NCBI RefSeq assembly: GCF_013393945.1
Contig: NZ_CP040297.1
Span: 5,651,296-5,683,295, forward strand
Source: Nostoc sp. TCL26-01
GTDB lineage: Bacteria; Cyanobacteriota; Cyanobacteriia; Cyanobacteriales; Nostocaceae
Direction of reading: 5' to 3'
DNA: 32,000 nucleotides
This document shows, piece by piece, positions 22,712 through 31,261 of this stretch. The position numbers and the translations under genes were made by a program. Numbering within the stretch: position 1 is the stretch's first letter; every line of letters begins with the position of its first letter. Under the pieces are notes generated by a model that did not search any database, was not told where the DNA came from, and saw only the letters and a list, made by a program, of their open reading frames with translations.

Positions 22712-23058
22712 TGACTTTGAGCAAGGGTGATATCATTCTAACTCAATTTCCCTTCACAGATTTAAGCCAAACAAAATTGCGTCCTGCGGTGATACTCTGG
22801 GTAGATTCGATAAAAGATGAAATTACTCTTTGCTTTATTTCATCTCAGAATGTTAATAACTTAACATCGGAAGAATTCGCAATATTAGACTCAGATCCAG
22901 ATTTTGTCAAAACGGGATTACGTATTTCTTCTAAAGTGAGAGTCACGAGAATTGCCACCTTAAATCGCCTTTTAGTGGTAAGACGCTTGGGTCAGTTAAC
23001 AACTCAGCAGATACAAAAACTAAATGAAATTATGATTCAAGCATTTCAATTATTATAA
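22711..23058 (+). CDS. PemK/MazF-family toxin
   Basis: 115-aa ORF. GDIILTQFPFTDLSQTKLRPAVILWV matches the N-terminal SH3-like signature of PemK/MazF endoribonucleases. Confidence 0.8.
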   Translation: MTLSKGDIILTQFPFTDLSQTKLRPAVILWVDSIKDEITLCFISSQNVNNLTSEEFAILDSDPDFVKTGLRISSKVRVTRIATLNRLLVVRRLGQLTTQQIQKLNEIMIQAFQLL

Positions 23059-23068
23059 TATATTTGAT

Positions 23069-23125
23069 GAATCATAGCGGCGATCGCTTTACCCATGCCT
23101 TTACACTGATATGATAATAGCGATC
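23069..23125 (+). repeat. 57-nt direct repeat, right copy, flanking the MazEF-like cassette
   Basis: GAATCATAGCGGCGATCGCTTTACCCATGCCTTTACACTGATATGATAATAGCGATC begins 11 nt after the toxin stop. Confidence 0.9.
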
Positions 23126-23160
23126 ACATCACTAATTCTGACGTATCGGTCAACCTATTT

Positions 23161-24723
23161 CTAAAAACTAAATGTGGTGCGAATTGCCCCGACAAATATA
23201 TCATTGTTACGGGAAATATGACCGGGGTCGGTGACGAGAAAAAAGCCGGGAGAAATACTAATATGATCGTTGACTAAGTAGCGATAGAAAACTTCGTAGT
23301 GGGTGGAATTGCCTGTATCTACGGCTGCAACTAATGTGCCGTTGTTGAGTTTTGGTGGTAAGCCGTAGAGGAAGCCAAAGAAATCTCCTTTTCTGCCGAA
23401 GGGGTCATATATACCTAACGAGACGGTGTAGGTGCTGCTGAGAATGACGGCATCTGATTTGAGAGAATCTGTCACCATGACACCACCCCAAGCACCAAGA
23501 ACTAACTGATTAGTTAATTGCCATCTCATACTGGCGTTGACGGCATGAATTTGTGCGGGTTCGTTAATGCCGCCTGATGTGTCGGCGTTACTGCTGCCTG
23601 TGCCGGTATCTAAGTTACCATTACGGGAGTAGGCGTTGACATAGGCTAAACCGGTGATCAATGAGGATGTGGGTTTGTATAAAACCTGTACTCCTAAAGC
23701 GCTATTGTCTGCACCCAATAAACCCCGACTGCTATCGTTGCTACCTCTTGTACCATAGGCAAATTGCAACCGTACTTCGTCAGAGACTAACCAGTCAAAG
23801 CCTAAGCCGGCATCTAGACTACCGATTTTGAAGATGGGAGTGGCACCGGCGAAGCTAGAAATTGCGCCTTGTCCTGCGTCGGCGTAGGGTGAGTTGGAAC
23901 TGAGTATACTGCCTAAGCTAAATCCTACAGGTTTGAAGGTGAAGACGACGCGATCGCCTAAAGCGGCGATGCGGTATTCTAGGGAATCTAATCTGACTTG
24001 GTTGTTGTAATCTGCTTGCCAAGCTAATCTTGCCATGTTGGTATTGAATGCGTCGGGATTACCAAAGCTATCGTTGGCAGCATTTCCTGATACGAGAACG
24101 GCACGAAAACGGTCTTTCCCTGTGAAGGAGGAAACTAGTTGTAATTGAGCCAAATAGGTAAAAATTGTGTTGGCTTCTCCTTTACCTGGAGGATCGCCAC
24201 CAAAGCCTGTGGCTACACCAAAGATGGCTTGTCCTCCTAACGCTACAGTGGTAGAAAATTGCTGGGAGGCGATGGTAGTACTACGAGCTTCTAGGGTGTC
24301 AATTCTACTTCTTAAAGTGGTTAATTCTGGGGCAAATTCTGTTTGCAGTTTTTTGATTGTTTCTAGGTCAGATTGGTCAATTTTATCTGTGACTCCAGAG
24401 GCAATTAATTGATTAATTTTATCTAAGGCGGCATTTAAGCCGGCGGCAAATTCGTAGCGAGTCATGGCACGGTTGCCTTGAAATGTGCCATCAGCATAAC
24501 CGGCAATGACTCCATACCTTTCTACTAATGATTGCAAGGCGACAAAAGCCCAGTCGTTAGGTTGGACATCAGATAGTTGCGATACTGATGTTACTTGTGC
24601 CATATCGTTTTCAGGTGTTAGTTCTGCTGCTAAATCTGCATTGAGATTTTCTGCTAACACAGGATTAACTACACCTAACGTCACTACTCCTGATAGGAGC
24701 AATAAAGCTATTTTATTTTGCAT
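23161..24723 (-). CDS. SLH-domain / OprB-family outer-membrane porin
   Basis: 520-aa ORF. A signal peptide is followed by an SLH motif (DVQPNDWAFVALQSLVERYGVIAGYADGTFQGNRAMTRYEFAAGL), a coiled-coil linker and a beta-barrel ending in ...IRTTFSF. Confidence 0.85.
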   Translation of the reverse strand: MQNKIALLLLSGVVTLGVVNPVLAENLNADLAAELTPENDMAQVTSVSQLSDVQPNDWAFVALQSLVERYGVIAGYADGTFQGNRAMTRYEFAAGLNAALDKINQLIASGVTDKIDQSDLETIKKLQTEFAPELTTLRSRIDTLEARSTTIASQQFSTTVALGGQAIFGVATGFGGDPPGKGEANTIFTYLAQLQLVSSFTGKDRFRAVLVSGNAANDSFGNPDAFNTNMARLAWQADYNNQVRLDSLEYRIAALGDRVVFTFKPVGFSLGSILSSNSPYADAGQGAISSFAGATPIFKIGSLDAGLGFDWLVSDEVRLQFAYGTRGSNDSSRGLLGADNSALGVQVLYKPTSSLITGLAYVNAYSRNGNLDTGTGSSNADTSGGINEPAQIHAVNASMRWQLTNQLVLGAWGGVMVTDSLKSDAVILSSTYTVSLGIYDPFGRKGDFFGFLYGLPPKLNNGTLVAAVDTGNSTHYEVFYRYLVNDHISISPGFFLVTDPGHISRNNDIFVGAIRTTFSF

Positions 24724-24841
24724 TTCTTCTCACACCCGATAAATAAATTCACAAGTTAATTTGCGTACTCAGTCCTGAGTGCTGAGTCCTGAGTGCTAAG
24801 TAAATTAAGAAGTACTCAGCACTCTTCATTAGTTAAAAAAA

Positions 24842-26059
24842 TTAGCGATCGCGAGCAATGCCTGTTGTCAAACTACCACGATAGGGAACGTTATCTTGTG
24901 GTGCTTCTCCATTGACGGCAAAAACTTCTATTTGGGTAATTTGTCCGTTGGCATTAATCACTGAACCACTAGCATTATTCCCACTCAAGCCGGCTTTATT
25001 GGATACGCCTGTATTGCCATTGATGGTGACAGTCCCTTTATCAAAATCGACTGAGATATTAGTTGGCGAATTGGGATTATTGTCAGGGATAAAAACGGCG
25101 TTGTTACCTCTGGTTTTATAGAAAGTCCCAGTAACGACTTGGGGGTTAACAATTCTCACGGAAATTGTTGGACGAGGGTTTAAATCACCTTCTGTACCGT
25201 TGAGTGCGTCGGCAAGAAATGTTCTGGTAAATCCTTTAAATCTTTGGGCTTGATTCTTCAAGGCGGCTAATGTTCGTACGCGGACAAATTTGAGGGTTTC
25301 TTGTACGGGTGGTGATTCTTGGGCAATTATTTTTTCTTGTCCTGGCCCCAATCCGGCCGCAAGGGTAATATTTTGATAAAATGCTGGCAGGTCAAATTCT
25401 TGAGGATTGCCGACTATGCCGTTTTTCACTGCTACTGTTTGACCACCACGTAAGGCGACGGCTTTTTTACCTTGTTGATCTGTGATTTTGATATCTCCAT
25501 CTGTGAGAGCAAACACTTGTGTGGTGTTGCGCTCTTGATTATGGATTACCATGACTGCACTAGCTAATTGTGCCGGTGGATATAATTTATCACTGGGGGC
25601 TGAAGTTGATGCGAGGATGGTGACTTGAGTTTGTGGTGTTTCTACTGCTGTGCCTACACTCCCTGGCGGACTCAAAATCAAAGCTGTGCCATTGTCTAAT
25701 TTAAATATGGTTTCATTTTGGGCAATGAGATTTGGCAATTTGAAGCGACGCAGTCCTGGTTGAAAGCGAAATACACTACTCTGATCTACCCGAATCAGGG
25801 ATTTATCATTAAAAAATAGTTGAGCTTCAGAACTCACTCCTGTTCTGACTGCATCTTTGGGAACTACAACATCTTTGAGTTTGGCTGGACGTTGGGTTTG
25901 ATTTTGTAATAGTAATTCTACAATTTTGCTGAGTTTATAGACTTCTGCACGGGTGAGGTTCTGCTCTGATTGAGCTAAGGCTGGGTTGAGCCAAAATAAT
26001 GTTAGCAAAGTACTAACAAGTAGCTGGCGCTGTAATGACCAAATTTGCCACCGCATCAC
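24842..26059 (-). CDS. secreted FecR-domain-like protein
   Basis: 405-aa ORF. A signal peptide (LLTLFWLNPALAQS) precedes an N-terminal region resembling FecR/PF04773-type beta-sandwich proteins and a Gly/Asn/Thr-rich C-terminal part. Confidence 0.55.
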   Translation of the reverse strand: MMRWQIWSLQRQLLVSTLLTLFWLNPALAQSEQNLTRAEVYKLSKIVELLLQNQTQRPAKLKDVVVPKDAVRTGVSSEAQLFFNDKSLIRVDQSSVFRFQPGLRRFKLPNLIAQNETIFKLDNGTALILSPPGSVGTAVETPQTQVTILASTSAPSDKLYPPAQLASAVMVIHNQERNTTQVFALTDGDIKITDQQGKKAVALRGGQTVAVKNGIVGNPQEFDLPAFYQNITLAAGLGPGQEKIIAQESPPVQETLKFVRVRTLAALKNQAQRFKGFTRTFLADALNGTEGDLNPRPTISVRIVNPQVVTGTFYKTRGNNAVFIPDNNPNSPTNISVDFDKGTVTINGNTGVSNKAGLSGNNASGSVINANGQITQIEVFAVNGEAPQDNVPYRGSLTTGIARDR

Positions 26060-26254
26060 ATTTGACCTTGAGTAATTTTGTTAAAGATATTTATAATCAT
26101 TTGATTTTATACTATATGGGGGATGGGTAAGATTTTTAAATAAAAACCCCTGATATAAGCAGGGGCTAAGGTTTCGCTGAGATAAGTGATGTTTACTACA
26201 ACTTGTTCTAGAGCATTTCCAGATAATTGTGAGAAAATTATTTTTGCGAATAAT

Positions 26255-27103
26255 TTACGTAGCTGTATCGCCTGTCAGGAAGTGCTTTACAGCTTGCTCG
26301 ATGTCTGGTTCTTTGAGCAGCGATTCACCGACGATGACTGCATTGATACCTGCTGCGGCTACGAGAGTGAGATCGGTGTGTTTGTATAGTCCTGATTCGC
26401 TGATGATTGTGATCCCCAGGTTTTGTAGTTGCGATCGCCTAGCGCCTAATAAGTTTTGAGTGGTGCTAATATCGGTGGTTAAGTCTTGTAAATTTTGGTT
26501 ATTAATGCCAATTAAGCGGATGTCTTTGATTTGCAGTACTCTGTCTAGTTCCGCTAAGGTGTGAACTGCAACTAAGGCATTCATCCCTAAGTAATGAATC
26601 ACGTACAAGAAGTCTTGCAATTCTCTGTCTGTGAGAATGGCGGGAATTAATAGTATAGCATCTGCACCGGCTGCACGGGCTACATAAATTTGGCAAGGAT
26701 CAATAATAAAATCCTTACATAATATGGGTAAGGGTACTCTTTGGCGGATAGCACGGAGCATTTCAAAATTGCCTTGAAAGAATGTAGTATCTGTGACGAC
26801 TGATAAACAAGCTGCGCCACCTCTTTCGTATGCTTTGGCGATCGCTATCGGTTCAAAGTCTGCCCGAATAATTCCGTGATTGGGAGATGCTTTTTGAATC
26901 TCGGCGATTAAGCTAGGTTTGTAAGAGTTTTGTTGTAATGCTGTTAAAATATCTCGCACGGTTGGTGCAGCAGTTAATTGACGTTGCAAAGATGCTAAGG
27001 ACATCTTTTGATGTAGTTGGGTGACTTCTTGCTTTTTCTGCCAGACAATCTCTCGAATAATGGGTTGCAGTCGGGCTGTATTGATGGCGCTGGAATACAT
27101 CAT
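26255..27103 (-). CDS. trpC: indole-3-glycerol-phosphate synthase paralogue (TrpC-like) with atypical active-site residues
   Basis: 282-aa ORF that looks collinear with IGPS. The matching segments are LIAEIQKASPNHGIIR, ACLSVVTD..FFQG, LPILCKDFIIDP, DAILLI, LVAVH, IGINNQNL, ISESGL and VGESLLK. Confidence 0.75.
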   Translation of the reverse strand: MMYSSAINTARLQPIIREIVWQKKQEVTQLHQKMSLASLQRQLTAAPTVRDILTALQQNSYKPSLIAEIQKASPNHGIIRADFEPIAIAKAYERGGAACLSVVTDTTFFQGNFEMLRAIRQRVPLPILCKDFIIDPCQIYVARAAGADAILLIPAILTDRELQDFLYVIHYLGMNALVAVHTLAELDRVLQIKDIRLIGINNQNLQDLTTDISTTQNLLGARRSQLQNLGITIISESGLYKHTDLTLVAAAGINAVIVGESLLKEPDIEQAVKHFLTGDTAT

Positions 27104-27170
27104 AGTTTAATTCGTAATTCGTAATTAGGAAAAAATGGTTTGATAATTCACAATTTTAAAAACATAGTTT

Positions 27171-27201
27171 CCATGCTCTATTTTTTGGGGATAGAGCATG
27201 G
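27171..27201. terminator. perfect 11-bp hairpin (CCATGCTCTAT-N9-ATAGAGCATGG) between the hetP-like gene and trpC
   Basis: The stem was read directly. On the minus strand it is followed by AAACTATGTTTTT, so any terminator function is weakly supported. Confidence 0.35.
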
Positions 27202-27460
27202 ATTAGTTATGAATTATTAATTAACGTGAGTTTGACAAAACAAGTTATCAAACGGCATTCAGGAGTCATACCAATTCAAAATTAAAAATTAAGAAAGCCT
27301 GGTTTTACAAGGGTTTCCGTGTCTGGATCTGTATCATATTTTTAGTGAATTGGTATCAGTCGTCAGAATTCAGTATGAATTAGAATAGCCCATCGTCAAG
27401 CCTTCTCTTTCAGAGATGCTTGTGGATAATTGGCAATATCCAACCCACGTTAATTACCAT

Positions 27461-27757
27461 TCAAATTGATTTCAGTCCGACATTTTTATTGGGAATCCAG
27501 TTTGATGGCAAATCAAATACTTCTTGATTATCTGATTTTGCAGTTTTGTCTGTATTATTTAGATAGTTATTTTTTAGTAATCGGATATAGGTACGATATG
27601 GAATGTAATCTATAGGGTTATAACCAGAAAATCGCAGCAGTAAAACACAAGCCCAAGAATATTTACCAGCTATGATTGCTTTGACAATTTGTTCAACTTG
27701 ATCGGTATTGATGTTTTTAACTGTCTGTGAATTGTAATTTGTTTCTTGCTGATACAT
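27461..27757 (-). CDS. HetP-family (heterocyst commitment protein-like) protein
   Basis: The core [44 protein letters not shown] matches the conserved HetP domain. ATG at 27757 is preferred over the TTG at 27784 in the ORF track. Confidence 0.8.
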   Translation of the reverse strand: MYQQETNYNSQTVKNINTDQVEQIVKAIIAGKYSWACVLLLRFSGYNPIDYIPYRTYIRLLKNNYLNNTDKTAKSDNQEVFDLPSNWIPNKNVGLKSI

Positions 27758-27836
27758 AGAATTCCCTGATGATTTAATTGCCAACTTGATGTTAACCTTC
27801 AGCCTATTTGCCAGATAGGCGGCAGGTTAATTATGG

Positions 27837-28274
27837 TTAGAAACCTACTGATGGTTCTAAATTTTGCGGGTAGAATTGCACCATATTTTGAAAAATTTTT
27901 AGCCCTGTGATTTTCAGTTCACTGGGTATTGTCTGGGGTTGAGCAAATTTATGATTGAGATTGACTGGCTGGAGTTGCGATTGGGCGGATAGGTTTTGGG
28001 ACAAGGTTGGTAGTAGCACCTGGACACCAGGATTAAGTGAGGTGATGGTAAAGGTGTTGTCTCTGGTGGCAATTTGCCGTGGTGGATTGATAAATCCAAT
28101 TGCCCATCTTTGATATCGCCCTGGGTATTCGTAACTATTAGTCAGCAAACTTCCACGCACTTGATTTAGGTGGAAGAGAATCTCATCTAGTGCAGTGTCC
28201 ATCTTCACTTCGGTGATGTTGCGAGATATCCGCACGTTACCGAGGGTTGTGTTAGAGAGGAAGTCACAAATCAT
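27837..28274 (-). pseudogene. trpE: anthranilate synthase component I (TrpE) N-terminal fragment
   Basis: Residues 10-85 of this 145-aa ORF (LGNVRISRNITEV..ALDEILFHLNQVRGSLLTNSYEYPGRYQRWAIGFINPP..) match the N-terminal regulatory region of TrpE. The chorismate-binding catalytic domain (several hundred residues) is absent. Confidence 0.65.
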
Positions 28275-29146
28275 GGGTCTTTTCTGTGTGTTGGAGGGAG
28301 TATACTGCGATCGCCAACAGTGGGCGAAGGGCGATTTCTCTATCTCAACAAGAAGAGTTTGACACTACAACAGAGGTAAATCAGCACCAAATAATGATTT
28401 TTGAAAATAGGGGTGAATTTAACCAGTCAGCATTTTGCTCTGCTGGATAAATATCTAGTTAAATCAACCCCTAAAGATGAACCGTTTTGCAGAAGCAGCT
28501 TCTTTGCTTAGATTACTCAATCTTCGGCACGAGATATATGACTAATGTTTTGATAGACATATCTTTTTTTTCGTTATTTGAATTGATGAATCTGATTAAT
28601 AGTTCTATATGTCAGTTAGTTTTTTAATTATGGTCACTACTGTAATTTGTGATCAGCACACAATTGATGATGGATTGTTTAATATATCTTAATAAAAAAG
28701 TAACATTATTTGATAAGAGAAAATTTTCGTACAGAGGTTACTTTAGCTAATTTATATTAAAATCGTCATCTGAAATCACACATGAGATATATAAATCTCT
28801 ATTGATTTGGGGAATCCTTGGGGTTTGTACCTGTGGACTGCTATACATTACAGCAAAAATAAAATTACTTGATAACAACAGATTAATCTAAATATATTTA
28901 GTCTTGATTTTATTGGCAATTAGCATCGAAAGTGGGAAACCCTCTGTTATCTTTGTGTTGGTAAATACATAAGTTCTTAACTTTTACTATTTCTTTTGAG
29001 AGATATTTAATAAACACTAGGACAGATGATGTCCAATAAATGTACACCTCATGACAGATGACTCGGCACATTATTATGTAGTTAGATTCCTGATAAAGGA
29101 AAATCATAAAAAGGAGTCAAAATACAGAATAGTCTACCCGTAAAGC

Positions 29147-29420
29147 TCAAAGTTGAGCTAGCGCTGTTCGCGCAGCGTCTTTGTCAGGTTTCTCGTCGCA
29201 GGCGACTGGCGTGGGAGAGGCGGCTACCGCCGTAGACGATTTGCGGCTTGCCGCAGGCATCTGAACTGTGTCAGACAGAGATAGAGTTTTAACGCAAGAA
29301 TATTTTAATTTTTTTCGCCTACTAGGGACGAAAGTGCGTAGCGGGACGTAGTACGGTTTTAAACAACGATTCGTCACCCAACAATGCACTGAGTCGGTCA
29401 AAGTGTGGGACTCCAATTCA
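29147..29420. other. GC-rich hairpin-dense patch in AT-rich non-coding DNA (dispersed-repeat cluster or structured RNA)
   Basis: Short GC hairpins are present: GCGCTG-TTCGCG-CAGCG, GTCGC-AGG-CGAC, GGCGG-CTA-CCGCC and TGCGGC-TT-GCCGCA. Positions 29231-29261 are the reverse complement of the 33-nt TA-island block, matching about 25 of 32 positions. Confidence 0.5.
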
Positions 29421-30009
29421 TGCTGAACTCTGTGGGATAAAAATCTAGTATATGGACAAAAAATGCTTTTTTACGCTAAATGTATTACCATAGTATCTAC
29501 TAATCAAACTGAATCAAAAATGCTTTGTTGTAAATTAGCCTCATATAGTAGTCTTCACACTTCTTTAATAGCATATATCTCTATATAGAATATAGAAATG
29601 ATTTCTGCTTTTAAAAATACAGCCATTGGATATTAACCATTCCATACTAATTTTAAGATTGCTTTAGTTAAAAATTGTTGCTGGTTTACAGACTACTTTG
29701 TTGACAAAGGCAAAGTTATAAGTGAGAGAATATATTCATGGGTTTTTCTCATCTACTTACTGTAACCGAGAATTTGAAAAAGATTTGCATGGGTGATTTA
29801 ATAATATTCTCGACTTGCTAAGTCAGAGATATATTAGTCTGATTTTAATCACCTAAAATGAGGCTGAGGTAAGTTTTTTTATTAGCATAAAATATCCTAA
29901 ACTTAAGCTGAGGGTGGGCAATGTTCACTATATAATTCAGCCTTGAATACACGAAAATTTTTTGACATTTAGTTAATTTTTTCTGGCCGCCAATCTTAGT
30001 GATGGAAAA

Positions 30010-30930
30010 ATGATGCAAGAATCATCGAAAACAATTCTCGTCATTGAAGATGAGAGCGATACCCGCAATCTCTTTTTAACGGTTCTGGAAGCTAAAGGTT
30101 TTGATACCCTAGCGGCTGAGAATGGTTTTGTGGGTATTCAACAGGCACAAAAATATTTACCAGACTTAATTATTTGTGATATTGCGATGCCTGATATGGA
30201 TGGTTACGATGTTCTCAATGCACTACGACAAGATCCTGTAACAGCGATTATCCCCTTCATTTTTCTGACTGGTAGTCATGATAAAGCGGCTGTGCGTAAA
30301 GGTATGGAGTTGGGGGCTGATGATTATATCACTAAACCCTCTACTATAGAGGAGTTGATGAAAGCGATCGCTATCCGGTTACAAAAGCAAGCTCTACTTA
30401 AGCACTTGTATGCTAGCCAATCACATCAGCTTTCAGAAGCGATCCTTAATGATGCTGAGTTTATTTTTCCCCCAATTCCCCAACTCAAAGAAGTATTTGA
30501 TTACATTGAAGCGAATTACCATCAAGGAATTACTCTGTCGGATGTGGCGCTGGCGGTTGGCTATTCATCAGCTTACCTGACTAATCGAGTTGCTAAAGAA
30601 ACGGGAGATACTGTCAACGGTTGGATTCTCAAGCGTCGCATGGCAGCAGCGCGTCCTCTACTTAAGAATACCAATAAAACCATTGAGCAGATTGCGATCG
30701 CACTCGGCTATCAAAATGCTTGTCATTTCTCTCGTCAGTTTCGCCAACACCACGGCTTACCACCGAAGGCTTGGAGAAAACAGCAACAATCTCTTTACTA
30801 TGACAAGAACCTCAAGCCTAGAGGAGGGGAGAGGGAAGAGGGGACAGGGAACAGGCTGGAAAGTGTGTTGGTATCGGGGATTTTATCCTCAGTTTATGTC
30901 CTAAACTACTTAGCGACAGTGATAAATTAG
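30010..30930 (+). CDS. response regulator with AraC-type HTH output domain
   Basis: 306-aa ORF. The receiver has VIEDESD, LIICDIAMPDMDG and ITKP. The C-terminal AraC/XylS HTH has ITLSDVALAVGYSSAYLTNRV and IEQIAIALGYQNACHFSRQFRQHHGLPP. The last roughly 45 codons run through a GGGGAGAGGG-type repeat. Confidence 0.85.
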   Translation: MMQESSKTILVIEDESDTRNLFLTVLEAKGFDTLAAENGFVGIQQAQKYLPDLIICDIAMPDMDGYDVLNALRQDPVTAIIPFIFLTGSHDKAAVRKGMELGADDYITKPSTIEELMKAIAIRLQKQALLKHLYASQSHQLSEAILNDAEFIFPPIPQLKEVFDYIEANYHQGITLSDVALAVGYSSAYLTNRVAKETGDTVNGWILKRRMAAARPLLKNTNKTIEQIAIALGYQNACHFSRQFRQHHGLPPKAWRKQQQSLYYDKNLKPRGGEREEGTGNRLESVLVSGILSSVYVLNYLATVIN

Positions 30931-30932
30931 AG

Positions 30933-31244
30933 TTAGTTGTTTTGGGATTTTGTCCACTGCTGGATTAACAGTTGTATTCCTAAAGCTAACAAACCAATGG
31001 CAACTAAACTAAATATCCCACTTCCCAAGGCAACTATCCCAACTACCAAGGTACGTACGGCAGAAGTCAGATTGACGACTAATTGGTTATCTGAATGGAT
31101 GGGTTTTTTGGCAAAATTTGTGGCGATCGCTATCATTAATGAATATGCTGCATATCCTAGTCCGCCGGCAACTGCTGCGCCTAGCACACAACGTAAGGGT
31201 GTGGTTGTCTCTGTTGGTTGAGTTGGATTTGGGTCGTTGTTCAT
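30933..31244 (-). CDS. DUF3082-like small membrane protein
   Basis: 103-aa ORF with two hydrophobic helices (LRCVLGAAVAGGLGYAAYSLMIAIA and VRTLVVGIVALGSGIFSLVAIGLLALGI). It lies directly downstream of ispE on the same strand. Confidence 0.65.
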   Translation of the reverse strand: MNNDPNPTQPTETTTPLRCVLGAAVAGGLGYAAYSLMIAIATNFAKKPIHSDNQLVVNLTSAVRTLVVGIVALGSGIFSLVAIGLLALGIQLLIQQWTKSQNN

Positions 31245-31261
31245 AGTGAAAGTCGAGATTT

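Noticed and set aside
18806-23125. A CRISPR array or an integron attC cassette array as the explanation for the recurring repeats.
   Set aside because: - CRISPR: the repeat copies are 80-160 nt, diverged and irregularly spaced, and the intervening segments are complete TA operons.
- Integron: the repeats are not the imperfect palindromes with RYYYAAC/GTTRRRY cores expected of attC, and I could find no integrase gene in the window.

The looser idea of repeat-bounded cassettes is kept as a finding.
28910-29416. Minus-strand ORFs 28910-29107 and 29147-29416. Also the idea that the GC-rich patch is tmRNA, RNase P RNA or a riboswitch.
   Set aside because: - ORFs: they have no motifs and their composition is driven by AT-rich or repeat DNA.
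- tmRNA: there is no 5' GGGG..acceptor/T-arm pairing or ANN..AA tag frame followed by stops.
- RNase P RNA: the conserved core strings are absent.
- Riboswitch: no core I can recall (B12 box, guanidine-I and others) matches.
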